NCBI RefSeq assembly: GCF_006345805.1
Contig: NC_043003.1
Location: 10,974,001 to 11,038,000 of the forward strand
Source: Octopus sinensis
Lineage: Eukaryota
DNA: 64,000 nucleotides
Direction: 5' to 3'
The stretch's first letter is position 1, and every line of letters begins with the position of its first letter. The notes under the pieces were generated by a model. The model did no database searches. It was not told the origin of the DNA and saw only the letters and a program-made list of their open reading frames with translations. The position numbers and the translations under genes were made by a program. Below, piece after piece: positions 25,775 to 39,274 of this stretch.

Positions 25775-26140
25775 TACCTTAGCGAAGACGGAGGTATTGT
25801 TTTCAGTTGTGTTCGTTTGTTTGTTTGTTTATTTGTCCGTGGACAAGATATCTCAAGAACTGCTGGATGGATTTGGATGAAACTTTCAGAGATGGTAGGC
25901 AGTGTGACTGGCATGAACTGATTAGATTTTGGGATTGATCAGGTACTGGACAAGGATTCCGGATTATTTTTCCTGTTCTTTTACTTAAATTTTTGAGAGG
26001 TTCATTTTTAGCATTCTCGTTTGTAAGAGCAGTCGAGTTTATTTCAGATATTCTCATTTTAAAAATTCATCTCCGGCTAATCGTTGAGAGGACATTGGTG
26101 TTACCTTGGTGGAGGTTTTCACTCTCTGAGTGATCTTGTT
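25775..26140 (+). mobile_element. Non-autonomous Helentron-associated (HINE/DINE-1-like) element
   Basis: Degenerate subterminal inverted repeats taccttagcgaaga and ccttggtggagg, (TTTG)n near the 5' end, and a 3' hairpin cactc-tct-gagtg. Confidence 0.65.
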
Positions 26141-26279
26141 ATCATCATAATCATTATCTTCTTCTTCATCATCATCATCATCATCATCATCATTATTGTT
26201 GGTGTTGTTGTCATTGTTATTTTAAAAAGTATTTTAATATTCTTACATTATTATTGAAGAAGTCCTCCTCTTCCTCACC

Positions 26280-26330
<51 letters not shown>

Positions 26331-27239
26331 GTCATCATCAGTATTATTATTATTGTTGTTGTTATTGTTGTTGCTGTCATTGTCGTTGCTAAAGACAACT
26401 TCATGATCATCATCATAATCATAATCATGATAATGATCCTATAATTATTTTTATCATCATCATCATCATCATCATTGTCATCATGAACATCATTTTTTTT
26501 TATTCATCATCATTATACGGGATCCACCCCTTTAATTTCTACTCTCTCATAGACCGAACATCTTCCCAGCCCCATCCCATCCCACCTGTCTCTTCTCTCC
26601 TCCATTACAACAACCACTCTCCTATCACACTTCATTCATTACTCTTTGTTGTTGTTCTTCTTCTTGTTGTTGCTGTCCCATTTATTATGATATCTCTCTT
26701 CTCATTCTGGTTCCCGCCTTCACTTTTGTCCTTTTAAGGTTTCACTTATCTTAGTTGCTGTCTGCCACTCCCACTCCCATCATTAATTTAGGAAATATTA
26801 ATTCCTACTTTCACTTTCGTTATCCCTACCTCCTCCCCGCCCCCTGTAATTATTAACTGTCTCACAGAGTGGTTAATTCATAACTGTTTTACAAGGGGCT
26901 AAGAGGAGAAAAGGAGGAGGAGGTGAAAGAGTGAAGGGAAGAGGAAAAGATAAGGGGAGGAGAAGGAAGAGATGGAGGATGAGAATGATGATGAGGAGGA
27001 GAATGATGATAATGATTATGAGGAGGAGGAGGAGGAAGAGAATGATGATGATGATGAGGAGGAGGAAGAGAATGATGATGATGAGGAGGAGGAGGAGGAG
27101 GAGGAGGAGGAGAAGAAGAAGAAGAAGAAGAAGAAGAAGAAAAGAAGAAGAAGAAGAAGAAGAAGACGAAAAAGAAGAAGAAGAAGAAGAATGAGGAAGA
27201 GAAGAAAAAGAAGATCAAAACAATAATAATAATAATCCA

Positions 27240-27440
27240 TTCCAATTTTGGTGCAAGGCCAGGAATTTTGATGGGGCTTTTGTCGATTACATCAAGCAGG
27301 GTATTTGACCGGTACTTTATTTTATTGATCTGAAAAGAATGAAAGGCAAAGCTGGTTTTGGTGGAATTTGAACTCAGAATGTCAAACCAGAAGAACCACA
27401 CTGCTAAGCATTTTGCTCAGTATGCTAATGATTCTGCCAT
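27240..27440 (-). mobile_element. SINE family A
   Basis: Core and head match the other copies. Further copies at 27812-28030, 28628-28845, 28860-29078, 32060-32192, 38582-38790(+), 43530-43740, 54138-54350, 56572-56778 and 58803-58942. Confidence 0.8.
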
Positions 27441-27745
27441 GGAGACCTGAGAATTGAGATCGCAAAGATGTGGCAGCTACGAGAGTCAAACATAAAGGTT
27501 ATCCCTTTTGTCATTGGAGCATTGGGTTCAATACCACCCAATCTGAAAAAACATTCAGCAAACCTTAGAAATACCCTACAATCTAGATGTATTGCAAAAA
27601 TTGGTGTTACTTGGAACTGCATGCATATTGTGTAAAGTACTGTCTGTCTGAGGTCCTTGTTGTGACTTGACAGACGGTACAAACTCCCGGTAGACACAAT
27701 ATCTTCAATCAACAACCTCACGATATTGTATACTGTGCGACATCT
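27441..27745 (+). mobile_element. R4/Dong-like LINE extreme 3' fragment
   Basis: Manual translation DLRIEIAKMWQLRESNIKVIPFVIGALGSIPP, followed by (TAA)n. Confidence 0.75.
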
Positions 27746-27751
27746 ATGATG

Positions 27752-27800
<49 letters not shown>

Positions 27801-28076
27801 TAATAATAATGAAACTTTCTATTATAGGCACAAGGCCAGAAAGTTGGAGGGAAGAGTTAAGTTGATTACATTGACCCCAGTGTTTCACTGGTACTTAATT
27901 TATGAACCCTTGAAAAGATGAAAGACAAAGTTGACCTAGACAGAATTTGAACTCAGACTGTAGAGATGGGCGAAATTCCACTAAGCATTTTGCCCAGTTT
28001 GCTAACGGTTCTGCCAGCTCATCACCACATAATGATAATAATAATAATAATAATGATGTTAATAATAATAATAATA

Positions 28077-28585
28077 AGAGGAAAAATATTGGTACAACTA
28101 CAAACCTGAAGGCATCATCGAAAATAGAAATGCAAAGATCCTATGAGATTTTATGATTCAGTGTGACCATGAGATAGAGAATAGGAAGCCAAACATAGTC
28201 TTAATTGAGAAAGAAAACAAATTATGCTGGATCATAGATATAGCATGCCCAGCTGACAACAAGGTATACAATAAGGAAGAAAGAAAAGTCGAGAGATATG
28301 ACAGGTTAGCTTGGGAAGTTAAGCAGTTGTGGTTGATGAAAAAGGTGGTAGTATTACCAATAATTATCGGAGCCCTGAGAATGGTGAGCAAAAAGCTCGA
28401 GAAATATGAGGAACGAACAGGGGCTTCGATAAGGGTGGAGCACTTGCAGAAAACAGCACCACATGGAACCACTTGAATATTCTGGAAGGTGCTTGAAAAA
28501 TAAGAGATGTTACCTTAGTTCACTGGTAGCGAACAACTGATACTGAAGTACATCTCCAGCGTTAGAAGCTGTGCAAAGACAACGA
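28077..28585 (+). mobile_element. R4/Dong-like LINE REL-domain fragment
   Basis: ORF 28153-28476 (RKPNIV..IIDIACP..RKVERYDRL..LPIIIGAL..HLQKTA); (TAA)n on both sides. Confidence 0.85.
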
Positions 28586-31500
28586 CAATAGTAGTAGTAG
28601 TAATAATAATAATAATAATAATAATAATCCTTTCTACTATAGGCACAAGGCCTGAAATTTGTGGGGAGGGCATTAGTTGATTAAATTGAGCCCAGTGTTC
28701 AACTGTTACTTATTTTATTGACCCTGAAAGGATGAAAGGCAAAGTCGACCTTGGCAGAATTTGAACTCAGAACGTAAAGACAAATGAAATACTGCTGAAG
28801 CATTTTGTCCGGTGTGCTAACGATTCTGCCAGCTCATCACCTTTATTCGACTAATAATAATCCTTCCTACTCTAGGTAGAAGACTTCAAATTTTGGAGGA
28901 AGGAGGCTAATTGATTACATGGACTCCAGTACCCAAATGGTACTTATTTTATCAACCCCTGAAAGGATGAAGCGCAAAGTCAACCTTGGGGGAATTTGAA
29001 CTCAAATTGTAAAAGCAGGTGAAATGCCATTAGGCATTTTGCCCAGCATGCTAATGATTCTGCCAGGTCATCACCTTTATAATAACAACAACAACAACAA
29101 CAAAGATAACGATAATAATAATAAACAGAAGGGGAGGAGGAGGTAGAAGGGAGGAGGGGGAGGAGGGGGTATAAGGGAGGAGGAGGAGGGGAGGGGTGAG
29201 GAGAAGAAGTGGAGGAGGGGAAGGGGAGGAGGGGAGAAGGAGGAGGAGGAGGAGAAGAAGAAGAAGAAGAAGAAGAAGAAGAAGAAGAAGAAGAACAACA
29301 ACACAACAACAACAACAGAGAGAAGGAAGCGGAAAAAAAGAGGAAGGAATATGAAGAGAGAGATGAGTGAAAAGGAAAAACTGGAGGAGAAAGAGGCAAG
29401 AAAGAAAGAAAGAAAGGAAGAACGAAAGAAAGAGAAAAGGAAGTGAGAGAGAGAGAGTGAAAGAGAAAGAAAGAGGAAGAAAGCAAGAGAGAGAGAGAGA
29501 GAAGGAGAATAAAAAAAAGTGATGGAAGAAAGGAAAAAGAAAGAAGAGAAACAAGGAAAAGAAGAAACTTAATAACATTGGTATGGTGGGGGTGCAATTT
29601 CTATTAATTGAGGGGGGGGGGAAGATGAATAATTAATTAGAGCCCAATTAAGTTGGGGGGCAGGGAATGGATTATTGTGTTATTGCTTGTTTCTTTTCTT
29701 CTTTTTCAATATTGGTAATGTTCCATCATTGAAGACTGTGTCTTTGGATTATCTTCTGCTAAATTACCCCTCAATTACATCCATTTGTTCTTTACATAGA
29801 ACGAGGGGGTGGACAGGGGATTTTTTTTTCATTTTATTTTGGCTTTTTTGGGGGGGGGGGTGATGGTGGCGGTGGTGGTGGTTGTGGGGGGTGATTTTCT
29901 TTAGCAAAAATTGTATTATTTTGTTCTGATGGTTAAAGTAGTGATTAGTTGGCTGTAAAGATGTGAAGGTAAGGGGGGGGGACCCCAACTGAAAATGGGT
30001 GGGTTTTTTTTTTAAGGGGAGAGGATGATGGGAGATGGGCTTGTAATATTAATAGTGTGGATGGTGGTGGTGGTGGTGGATGTTACCCATAGCGCTGATG
30101 AGGACAATGATGATGATGATGATGATGGTTGTGGGGGCAGGCATGGTACTGTTGGTGATGGTGGTGGTGGGGATGGTGGTGGATATGGTGGCAGTGGGGA
30201 CAGTGGTAGTGGTGGTGGTGGTGGGAAATATCAGTGATAGTGATAATGATGGTGAGTTGGGGGTTGGGAAGTGCTGACAATAGTAGTGGTGATGATGGTA
30301 GTGGTGCTGGTGTTATGGTGGTAGTGATGGTAGTGGGGATGGTGGCAGGAGCAGTGGCTGTGAAGATGGTGGTGAAGAGGGATAGTGGTGTTGGTGTCAG
30401 GGACGGTGGTGGTAATGGTGAAGGTGTCCATGGTGCTAGTGGTAGGAAATGGTACTATTGGCAATGTTAGTGGAGATGGTAATGGTGGTGGTGGTGGTAG
30501 TGATGGTGGTGGTGGTGGTGGTGATGGTGGTGGTGATGGTGTTGGTGGTGATGGTGGTGGTGGCGGTGGTGGTGGTAATGGTGGTGATGGTGGTAGTGGT
30601 AGTGGTAATGGTGGTGGTGATGGCAGCAATGGTGGTAGTGGTGGTAATATGGTAGTGATGGTGGTGGTGGTGGTGATGGTGGTGTTGATGTGGTGGTGGT
30701 GGTGGTGGTGGTGGCAGCGGCAATGGTGGTGGTAATATGGTGGTGGTGGTGGAGCAGTGGTGTCCTGCCAAAATATGATAAAAATAATGCAAGTGAAAGG
30801 TGTCAACCAATGGTAATCGAATTTTTTTTTAGACTTTACATTGTTTTAGTATTTTCCTTTCTAAATACAAATAAAAATACGATAAAGAAAATACAAGAAT
30901 TATTTTTTTCCATATATTGAAGAAAAAAAATAAACAAATAAAGCGAAAATAATAAAAACAGTTTTGTTGTTGCTGTCGTTGTTGTTGCTGTTAATGCTGT
31001 TGCTATTGTTGTTGTTGTTGTTGTTGTTATTGTTGTTGTACTTTAATTGTCTGAAGAGGAGGTGTTGCAGCCACTGTCTTTCAAACTCTCCCATGTTGGG
31101 AGATCAGAATAGCTATGGGAGGTTATTGTGTTTAAAACGTTCAGATTTGTATGGCTGGGGCAGTAAAATAAGACAGAAAAAAAAACTGGATAAATTATAT
31201 ATATTAATTTTTTTTTTTTAATGTAAATGAAAAGAAAAACAGCCAGAAGATGGTAAAAAAAATAAAAAAAAAGAATAAGTCAAAGATAGGAATTAATGCC
31301 AAAAAAAAAGACAAAAACATAAAACAAAACAGAAGAAGGATTATTCAGAAGAAATAAAATTATTATTATCATCGTAAAAAGTAGTAGCAGCAGTGGTAGC
31401 AGCAGCAGAAATATTATCATAATTGTCAGCCTCGTTATCATAATTTTTGTCATTATAATCATTTCTTTGACGTCCTTCCCTGTAATGCCCACCACACACC

Positions 31501-31598
31501 TTTTGTCCAATGTTGTGGTGGGTTGACTAGGTATGAAAATGAACATCCTTCCTTCTACATTTCTCAGCTCTGAATACATGATATGATGACAATACTAA

Positions 31599-31760
31599 CT
31601 ACCATAAAAACCCATGTAATTTGCGCACCTGTGTAATTTATGCACCTGAGTAATTTACGCAGGTGATTTTCAGGGTAAAAATTGTTAAAAAGAGCTTCAA
31701 CTCATGTAAAATTCGCATCCAAAAGTTTTCAGAATTGCCGATATTGCCAGGGGAAACAGG
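31599..31760 (+). mobile_element. Possible pogo/Tigger-like DNA transposon left end
   Basis: TA-CCATAAAAACCC followed by three tandem gtaatttRYgcaSS motifs. No matching right end was found. Confidence 0.35.
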
Positions 31761-32229
31761 TTTTCAGTTCAGTTTAGTTGTATTTAGCATAATTTCACTT
31801 ACTTATGATTAGATTTTATTAAATTTTCATTAAATAACATTTCTGTTTAACAGGTATCACACTAAAAGCTATTAAATTACAAAGTGTTTGTGTTGTTTAT
31901 AATAAACTTTATTTTACATTTCTTGCCCACAAGAGATTATTATGTCTGATCTTTAGCATACTGCTGTGTGTCTTCGCAAATCACGATCATAGGAAAAAAC
32001 GTTTGATAAGAATTATCAACAGAAACAAAGCTGATAAATATTATCAGCTTTGAAATTATGAAATTTATCGACTCCGAAAGGATGACAAGCAAAGTCGACC
32101 TTGGCAGAATTTGAACTCAGAACGTAGCAAAGGGTGAAATACTGCCAAGCATTTCGTCCAACACGCTGACTACTCTGCCAGGTTTCCACCTTCAATACTA
32201 ATAGTAATAATAATAATAATATAATAATG

Positions 32230-32280
<51 letters not shown>

Positions 32281-33509
32281 TAATAATAATAATAATAACA
32301 ATAACAATAATAATAATGATAATAACAACAATGATAATAATAACCACAATAGATTATTTGATCAAGCAAATTTAATATTTTTTTTTTCTTTTGATGCGAA
32401 TCTCTGTGTATGTGGTTGCTGTATCCATCCCCCAGTTCTACCCAAGATGTCTACTTGATATTTCTTCAACTCTTTGATGTACCAAATTAAATTTGAACAT
32501 ACCAAGATCCAGTGTAGGCTTTTATCTTGGATATCAAAAGATCTTCTATCAAATTGCTTACTACCAACTGGGTTTGGCAAAGCAGTGATCATTGAACCAG
32601 ATATTTGTTTTATGGGTGTCTTTCTTTTAATCAACCTTATTTTAATCATTGTTTGTAGTTTCTGGCCCGGTGGTTACAGTGCAGAGTTCACAATCATGGT
32701 AGCGTGGGTTCAGTTCCTGGACCGAGTGGTGTGTTGCATCTTTGAGAAAGTCACTTTCGTTTCGTGTCATGCCAAGTCTTTTGGCTGAAAATGAACACCA
32801 GCCGGTGGGATACGATCCCTTGTCCCTCCATTCAGCTATCACGTCTCTGGTAGTCTCACGTCTTTGGTAGTCTGCTGGGTTGAGAGTGCGAGAACTGAGA
32901 CAGTGTCTGAGCCTACTCATGACATCATCATCGTCATCATCATTGTCCTCCTCCTCCTCATCATCATCACCACCACCATCATCATCATCATCGTCATCAT
33001 CATCACCATCACTGTCATCGTCATTGTCGTCATCATCATCATTATCATCATCGTCATCGTCACCATCGCCATTGCAATCATCATCATCATCATCATCAAC
33101 ATCATCATAAGCATCACCATCATCACCACTATCATCATTGCCATCGTCATCATCATAAGCATCACCATCATCACCACTATCATCATTGCCATCGTCATCA
33201 TCATAAGCATCACCATCATCACCACTATCATCATTGCCATTGTCATCATCATCATCATCATCATGTAACATCTGCCTTCCATGCTGGCATGGTTTCGGCA
33301 GTTTGACAGAATCCAACAAACTGCTCGCAGCGTTCAGCTCTGTTGTCAGCTTTGGCAGGGTTTCAATGGCTGGATGCCCTTCCTCATGCCAACCCCTTTA
33401 CAGTGTGGACTGGGTACTTTTCTATTAACACTGGCACTAATGAGGTCACAAAATTCACAAGACAAAGAAAAAAAAACCCTCAACAGAGTGGAGTTGTAGT
33501 GTTATGTTA

Positions 33510-33890
33510 TGTGTAGTTTGTCCGTCAATGCGATGAAGATGATCTAGTCATCCTGGGGTGGGGGTGGGCCTGCTTTGTGAGTCCACAGATGGCTAGTGAG
33601 GTCAATCTGTGCCCAAAAGATTCTTTGTCAGTGTGGATAGGGAATAATAGTGCCTGCTACAGGGTTGTTAGCTCTGTTCTTCCTGGCTTGTCTGCGGTCT
33701 TCTGCAGCAGCGATCCTATTGGTCTCACATGTGTTGGCACCCCTGTGGACAGCTGATCGCCACCCTTCTGTGTCTAGAGCAGACTGCTCCCAAGTGTCGT
33801 GGTCAATGTTGAAGGCTTTTCAGTGAAAGCTTTCAGTGTGTCCTTAAAAAGTGTTATGGTCGATGTTGAAGGCTTTCAGTGTATCCTAAA
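33510..33890 (-). pseudogene. RTE-BovB-like LINE 3' end
   Basis: Minus strand gives AFNIDHDTWEQSALDTEGWRSAVHRGANTCETNRIAAAEDRRQARKN, then a short 3' tail. Confidence 0.75.
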
Positions 33891-33939
33891 AAAAAAAAGT
33901 TGTAGTGTAAAGGGCATCTGGATAGTTTAAGAAGATCTG

Positions 33940-34295
33940 GTAAACCAGAGGAGTGTATCAAGCTCCAACTGTCTGTTTTGACATGGTTTCTATAGCTGGA
34001 TGCCCTTCCTAATGCCAACAGAGTGCACTGGGTGCTTTTTATGTAGCACTATCACCACTGCTTTTTACATGGCTTTAGGATTTCAATTCTGTAGTGGTGG
34101 GCAGGTCTTCTTGAGTACAGCAATGCACCACATGTCTCAGTTCTTTGTCATCTCCTTTGTAAGGTTCAGCTTTTTGAGATTGGCCCTCAATACGTTGTCC
34201 TATGTCTGCCTGGGTTTTCTTCTCCCACAACTTCCCTACATTTTAAGTGGCTAGCACTTCTTAATACAACTCTCCTCATCCATCCGCATCACAAC
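33940..34295 (-). pseudogene. RTE LINE C-terminus continuous with the family B tail
   Basis: VMRMDEESCIKKC*...GRRKPRQT*...LKKLNLTKEMTKN*DMW, followed by gttggcattaggaagggcatccagc. Confidence 0.7.
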
Positions 34296-34936
34296 AAACT
34301 TCCTTCAGTTTCCATCTACCAAATCTGCTCACAAAGCTTTAGTAACCCTGAGGCCATAGTAGAAGACACTCGCCCAAGGTTCCACACAGTGAGGGACTGA
34401 ACCTAGAACTATGTGGTCGAAAAACAAACTTCTTACCACACAAACGTTATCAAAATCACAAATTATTCCTTTCATCATACATTTTACGTCCCTGTAAAAG
34501 AATGGAATAAACAAATTCAAAGATAGTTATTTCTTCCTATTTTGACAATTCTGCCATTCTAGGAAATTTCCAGAACCTGTGTTTTTGTTAATCTTCCTGT
34601 TTCAATCCTGATCTCCAAGATATATCATTTATTCTTTATTATTCTTTGTTATTCTGGCAGAATGGAAAGCTAAAGTTGCTTGGGTGTTGTAAATAAAGTG
34701 TTTTTATTACTTGGCCATGTAATTTGTGGAAAAATTGCCAGGCAGCCTGAGAGATTGCTTTATAAACATAGGGATGGATGCAGGCAGTTGTTTCTCGAAC
34801 CAAATGTATAATAGGCAATGTGTAAACGCATATATATAAATGTATAATGCATATGGCATATAGGTGAAAGTGGATATAAAACATTCTATACATGATATGC
34901 TCACAAATGCACAAATTCTCAAATGTACATATATAT

Positions 34937-34975
<39 letters not shown>

Positions 34976-35305
34976 ATATATGTACATATATAGGTGTATA
35001 CATATTTATATTATTTGCATGTACACACACACACACACATGCATGTGCACACACGTATGCACATATATACATATACATATATTCTTTTATTCTTTTATTG
35101 CTTCAGTCATTTGACTGAGGCCATGCTGGAACACTGCCTTTAGTCGATCAATCGACCCTAGGACTTATTCTTTGTAAGCCTAGTACTTATTCTATTGGTC
35201 TCTTTTGCCGAACCACTAACTTACGCCAACATCGGTTGTCAAGCAATGGGGTGGGGACAAACACAGACACACAAACATATACACATACATATATATGTAT
35301 GTATG

Positions 35306-35349
<44 letters not shown>

Positions 35350-35566
35350 GACATTATATATATATATATGTATATAGTTAATATCACGTGATCATGTGAC
35401 CGACCAGCCCATCAGATGTTGTTACACATCGCTGGTCACAATGCGTTCGCATTGTTTTAGCCTTCAAATAACGCCACCCCGCTGGCGTATATAAAGATGT
35501 GTTATTACCGTTATTGATGATATTAATAAGGTAACAATAATGTGGCCAGTAAGCTCACACCGTCAC

Positions 35567-35967
35567 AGGCAAATCTAGATTCAGTAAGGTATATAATACC
35601 ACTTTCTAAAATCAGAGCCAATGCTCCAAAACCCACCATAAACTCACGATAAGGATATACACAAGAGCAATGCAGTGAACATATGAGAAATAGGTTTACC
35701 TTTGCATTGAATACATCAGTAAGCAGTGTATATTTCGATATCAATTGATTTCATGATTTGCATGACAAACATAATCTGCGGTCTTCAGTTGAAAATAACA
35801 TTTTAACATCTGTTTCTAAGATGACAGAGAGAGGTTAGAGAGCCTGACCAATACATGTTCATTGCATTGCTTGTGTGTATCTTTATTGTGAGTTCATGGG
35901 GGTTTTGAAGCATAGGCTCTGATTTTAGCAAGTGGTATTATATACCCTACTGAATCTAGATTTGCCT
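35567..35967. repeat. Inverted repeat (~118-bp arms) enclosing a hammerhead relic (35731-35797, minus strand)
   Basis: aggcaaatctagattcagtaaggtatataataccac pairs with gtggtattatataccctactgaatctagatttgcct. The loop reads UAUUUUCAA-CUGAAGA-stem-GAA-AUCAAUUGAU-A-UCGAAAUA. Confidence 0.8.
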
Positions 35968-36113
35968 CATATATATATATATGGAAAAATTTTTTTTCGT
36001 AATGAGATAAAAAAACCCCAAGGCTGTGTAGATTTTAGAACATTTATAAATAGAATATCTTTCTAGGATATTTATTATATCTCATTCCTAAGGTTTTTTC
36101 AATGTTGTTGTTG

Positions 36114-36168
<55 letters not shown>

Positions 36169-37871
36169 TTTTTTTTTCTTCTTTCAAATTTGCTTCCATT
36201 TCTTGCCGAGTGTCTTCCCGACTCCTAGGGCAAAGAAACTCATAGCATACATTGGTAGGCCATTAAACCAAACTCAGTAGTTCGTTCGTTTTTTTTTTTT
36301 TTAAAGTTAAATTAAAATACATGAGCACCAACAGTTCTCACATCGACAATGCTCTTCTCAATACGTGTGATGTACCAGTTAAGACAATCTTTTGCACTTC
36401 TTGCAGGGATGGTAAGCCAGGGATCATTCTCATATAATTTTCGGTTCCCTTCTTGATCATTCCTAGTGCTCCTACGATCACTGGTATTGTAACCGCCTTG
36501 AGATGCCACATTTTCTCAATTTCAATGAGTAGGTCTTTATATTTTCTGAGCTTGTCAAACTCTTTCGCTGAGATATTATGATCACAGGGGATGCTCATGT
36601 CGATCAATAAGCAAACTTTATTGTTTTGGGTCTTTCACAACAATATCTGGTTTATTGGCCTTGATGGTTCGGTCTGTATGTACTGGAAAGTCCCACAGAA
36701 TGGTTACATTTTCTCCTTCAGTTACAGCCTCAGGGTGGTGATTATACCACTTGTCGGCAGTTTTGATATTGTAATACCGACTTATTAGCCAGTGGAGATA
36801 TTGGCCAACTCTGTCATGTCTTAATTTATACACCACTGGTGCTAAGACTTTACATCCAGAGATTAGGTGGTCCACTGTTTCAATCATGTCGTTGCAGAAT
36901 CGGCATTTTGGGTCTGCTCCATTTTTCATCACATTGGCCTGGTAGTTCCGGGTTAATAGGCTTTGATCTTGAGCAGCCAGGATGAAACCTTCGCTCTCTG
37001 CTTTTAGCCCTGAGCTCCGTAGCCACTGATGGGTTTGCTTCTGGTCAACATCAGCTTGTTTGCTGTGGGTCACATATTTGCCATGCAGAGGTTTCTCCTC
37101 CCACCTATCAGCCAATTGCTCGTGTGCTTTCTTCATTGCCATCATTTTCACCTTCTTTGCAACAATAGTTGCCGTACTTCCCTCGGGTTGTTCAGTTTGG
37201 GTATCCTGCACGAGATCAATAGCAAATTTTTTGCTTTCCTTTATGATAGAATGAAGCTTCTTTCGTCTCTCGTGATTTTCCACGAGCTTTAGCATCCAGT
37301 CATTTGATATTTCGAGATATTTGGCCAGTCCAATTGTGGTTGTTTTGTAAGCTAGTTCAAATTGGATCAGGCCTCGACCTCCTTGGGCTCTGGGAAGGTA
37401 AAGGCGATCTATGTCTGCCTTTGGGTGGTGCATCCTATTACAACTCAGCAGCTTGCGTATTTTTCTATCTATATTCTTTACTTCACTCATATTCCAGTTC
37501 AATACATTGTAGCTATAAGTAACAACTGGAACTGCTAAGGAATTTATAGCTAACACCTTGTTACGTGCATTTAGTTCAGATTTCAGGACTGCACGAACTC
37601 TCCTATAACATTCCTTCCTGATTCTCTCTTTCATGCTTGCATGCTGAATACCAGAGCCTTCATTTATCCCTAAATATTTGTATGTTTGTTCTTGTTCAAG
37701 CTCTCTTATGACTGTGTCAACATCTAACACGACTGAATTTGTGGTCTTCACTTTCCCTTTCTGGAAAGTGGCCTTGGCACACTTCTCAAGTCCAAACTCC
37801 ATCCCGATGTCATTGCTGAATGCTTTCACGGTGCGCAATAGGCCTTCAAGTTCATTATTGTCTTTACCATA
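36169..37871 (-). mobile_element. 5'-truncated R4/Dong-clade non-LTR retrotransposon inserted in (TAA)n
   Basis: Reading frame runs from the RT C-terminal part (FSNDIGMEFGLEKCA, YKYLG) through GGRGL, the CCHC knuckle CRFC..ETVDHLISGC, RHD and KPDIV. After a one-base frameshift come IDMSIP, KLRKYKDL and IPVIVGALG. (TTA)n flanks both ends. Confidence 0.92.
36338..37838 (-). pseudogene. RT/zinc-knuckle/restriction-like endonuclease ORF remnant with a single frameshift near 36628
   Basis: The 406-aa ORF (36618-37838) and 89-aa ORF (36338-36607) join if one C is removed, giving KD-QNNKVCLLIDM. Confidence 0.88.
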
Positions 37872-37880
37872 TTATTATTA

Positions 37881-37948
<68 letters not shown>

Positions 37949-37951
37949 TTT

Positions 37952-37983
<32 letters not shown>

Positions 37984-37987
37984 AGAG

Positions 37988-38530
37988 AGCAGTGCATGCC
38001 ATCAAATTGACACTGGGGGAAAATATACGAAGCCCAGTATACCCATCATGACTACCTGTCTGATAAGGGTACACCAGGCACATGCATCATAACCATATGT
38101 GCGCGACATGGTGATCTCTTATCAAGATAAACAGTGCATGATCTTGCAGGTGGGGTCCAGTTAGAATTTTCTTCTGGTCGAGTAACCCATCCCGCTCAAA
38201 AGATCCTTGAATAAAGGTTGTTTAAAGATGTTGAACGAAACACCCATGTTTCCAAAGGTGAATTATCCAAACCCCAAAGAATTCCTCTCAACACATGTCT
38301 ATGATGCTCCCCCACTACTTCTGCTTGTGATCAGAGATGCACATATCGTCAGCCACTAGGGACATACTCAACTGGTTAAGGTCAAATAACTGGCAAGGAA
38401 ATCTGTGGTATTGAGCAGAATATTTGCTGTAGCCCATCTTTTATACCAAGACAAAACAATGTACATGATAACACTTCCAATCAGTTAAGATCAGAAGCCA
38501 CGAGAGCCACTGCCTGGTACTGCATCAGGG
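37988..38530. mobile_element. Unclassified ~540-bp element between microsatellites
   Basis: Complex non-coding block with sharp edges at (GA)n and (TTG)/(TTA)n. Single copy in this window, so its repeat nature is inferred. Confidence 0.4.
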
Positions 38531-39274
38531 TTTGTTGTTGTTGTTGTTGTTGTTGCTGTTATTATTATTATTACTATTACATGGGCAGTGAGCTGGTGGA
38601 ATTATTGGTGCTACTGGACAAAATGGCTAACCACATTTCATCTGGTGTTTTACATTCTGAATTGACTTTGCCTCTCATCACCTCGGGGCTGATTAAAATA
38701 AATTTCCATCACACACGTAGGTCAATGTAATCAACTTGTCCCCTCCTCCCCAAAATTCCCGGCTTCGAGCCCCAAAAATTTAGAAAGACTGATTACATCA
38801 CATCACATCTCAGACATAGAAACTAAAGGTAAGTTAGAGAATACCCTGTAACCGACGGAAAAATAAACAAAGATTTTAAACTCTTAAAAATACAAGCAGA
38901 AATGTTAATTGCGCCAAATCTGTTTGGAAAACAAAACTCAATCAACGGCTAAACTGATATGTCATTTAAACGTAACCTTTCTATGATTGAGTCAGGCCGT
39001 TATCGCAAAACCAATCTACATTGGCATCTATAGAAAAGCCTGCCCGAGAGGCAGTGTTAGAAATGCCATTGATTGTTGAATACCTCAACACATTTCAGCA
39101 TTAGAAATATTGGTGCAACATTCTAATTAAAATGTCAATCAAATGCAAACACAATGGAGCTGATCGGTTCTCCAAGAAAGAAAAAGATGTGTTGTGGAAT
39201 TTAGTTGCCAAGTGGACAGAAAATGTCACATTCAACATTCGAAGCTGTCGTAAAAAGAAAACATTTATGGACAA

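Noticed and set aside
38470-38530. Possible HDV-like ribozyme at the end of the unclassified element (minus strand)
   Set aside because: P2/P3-like pairings can be drawn, but no P1 or P1.1 partner was found.
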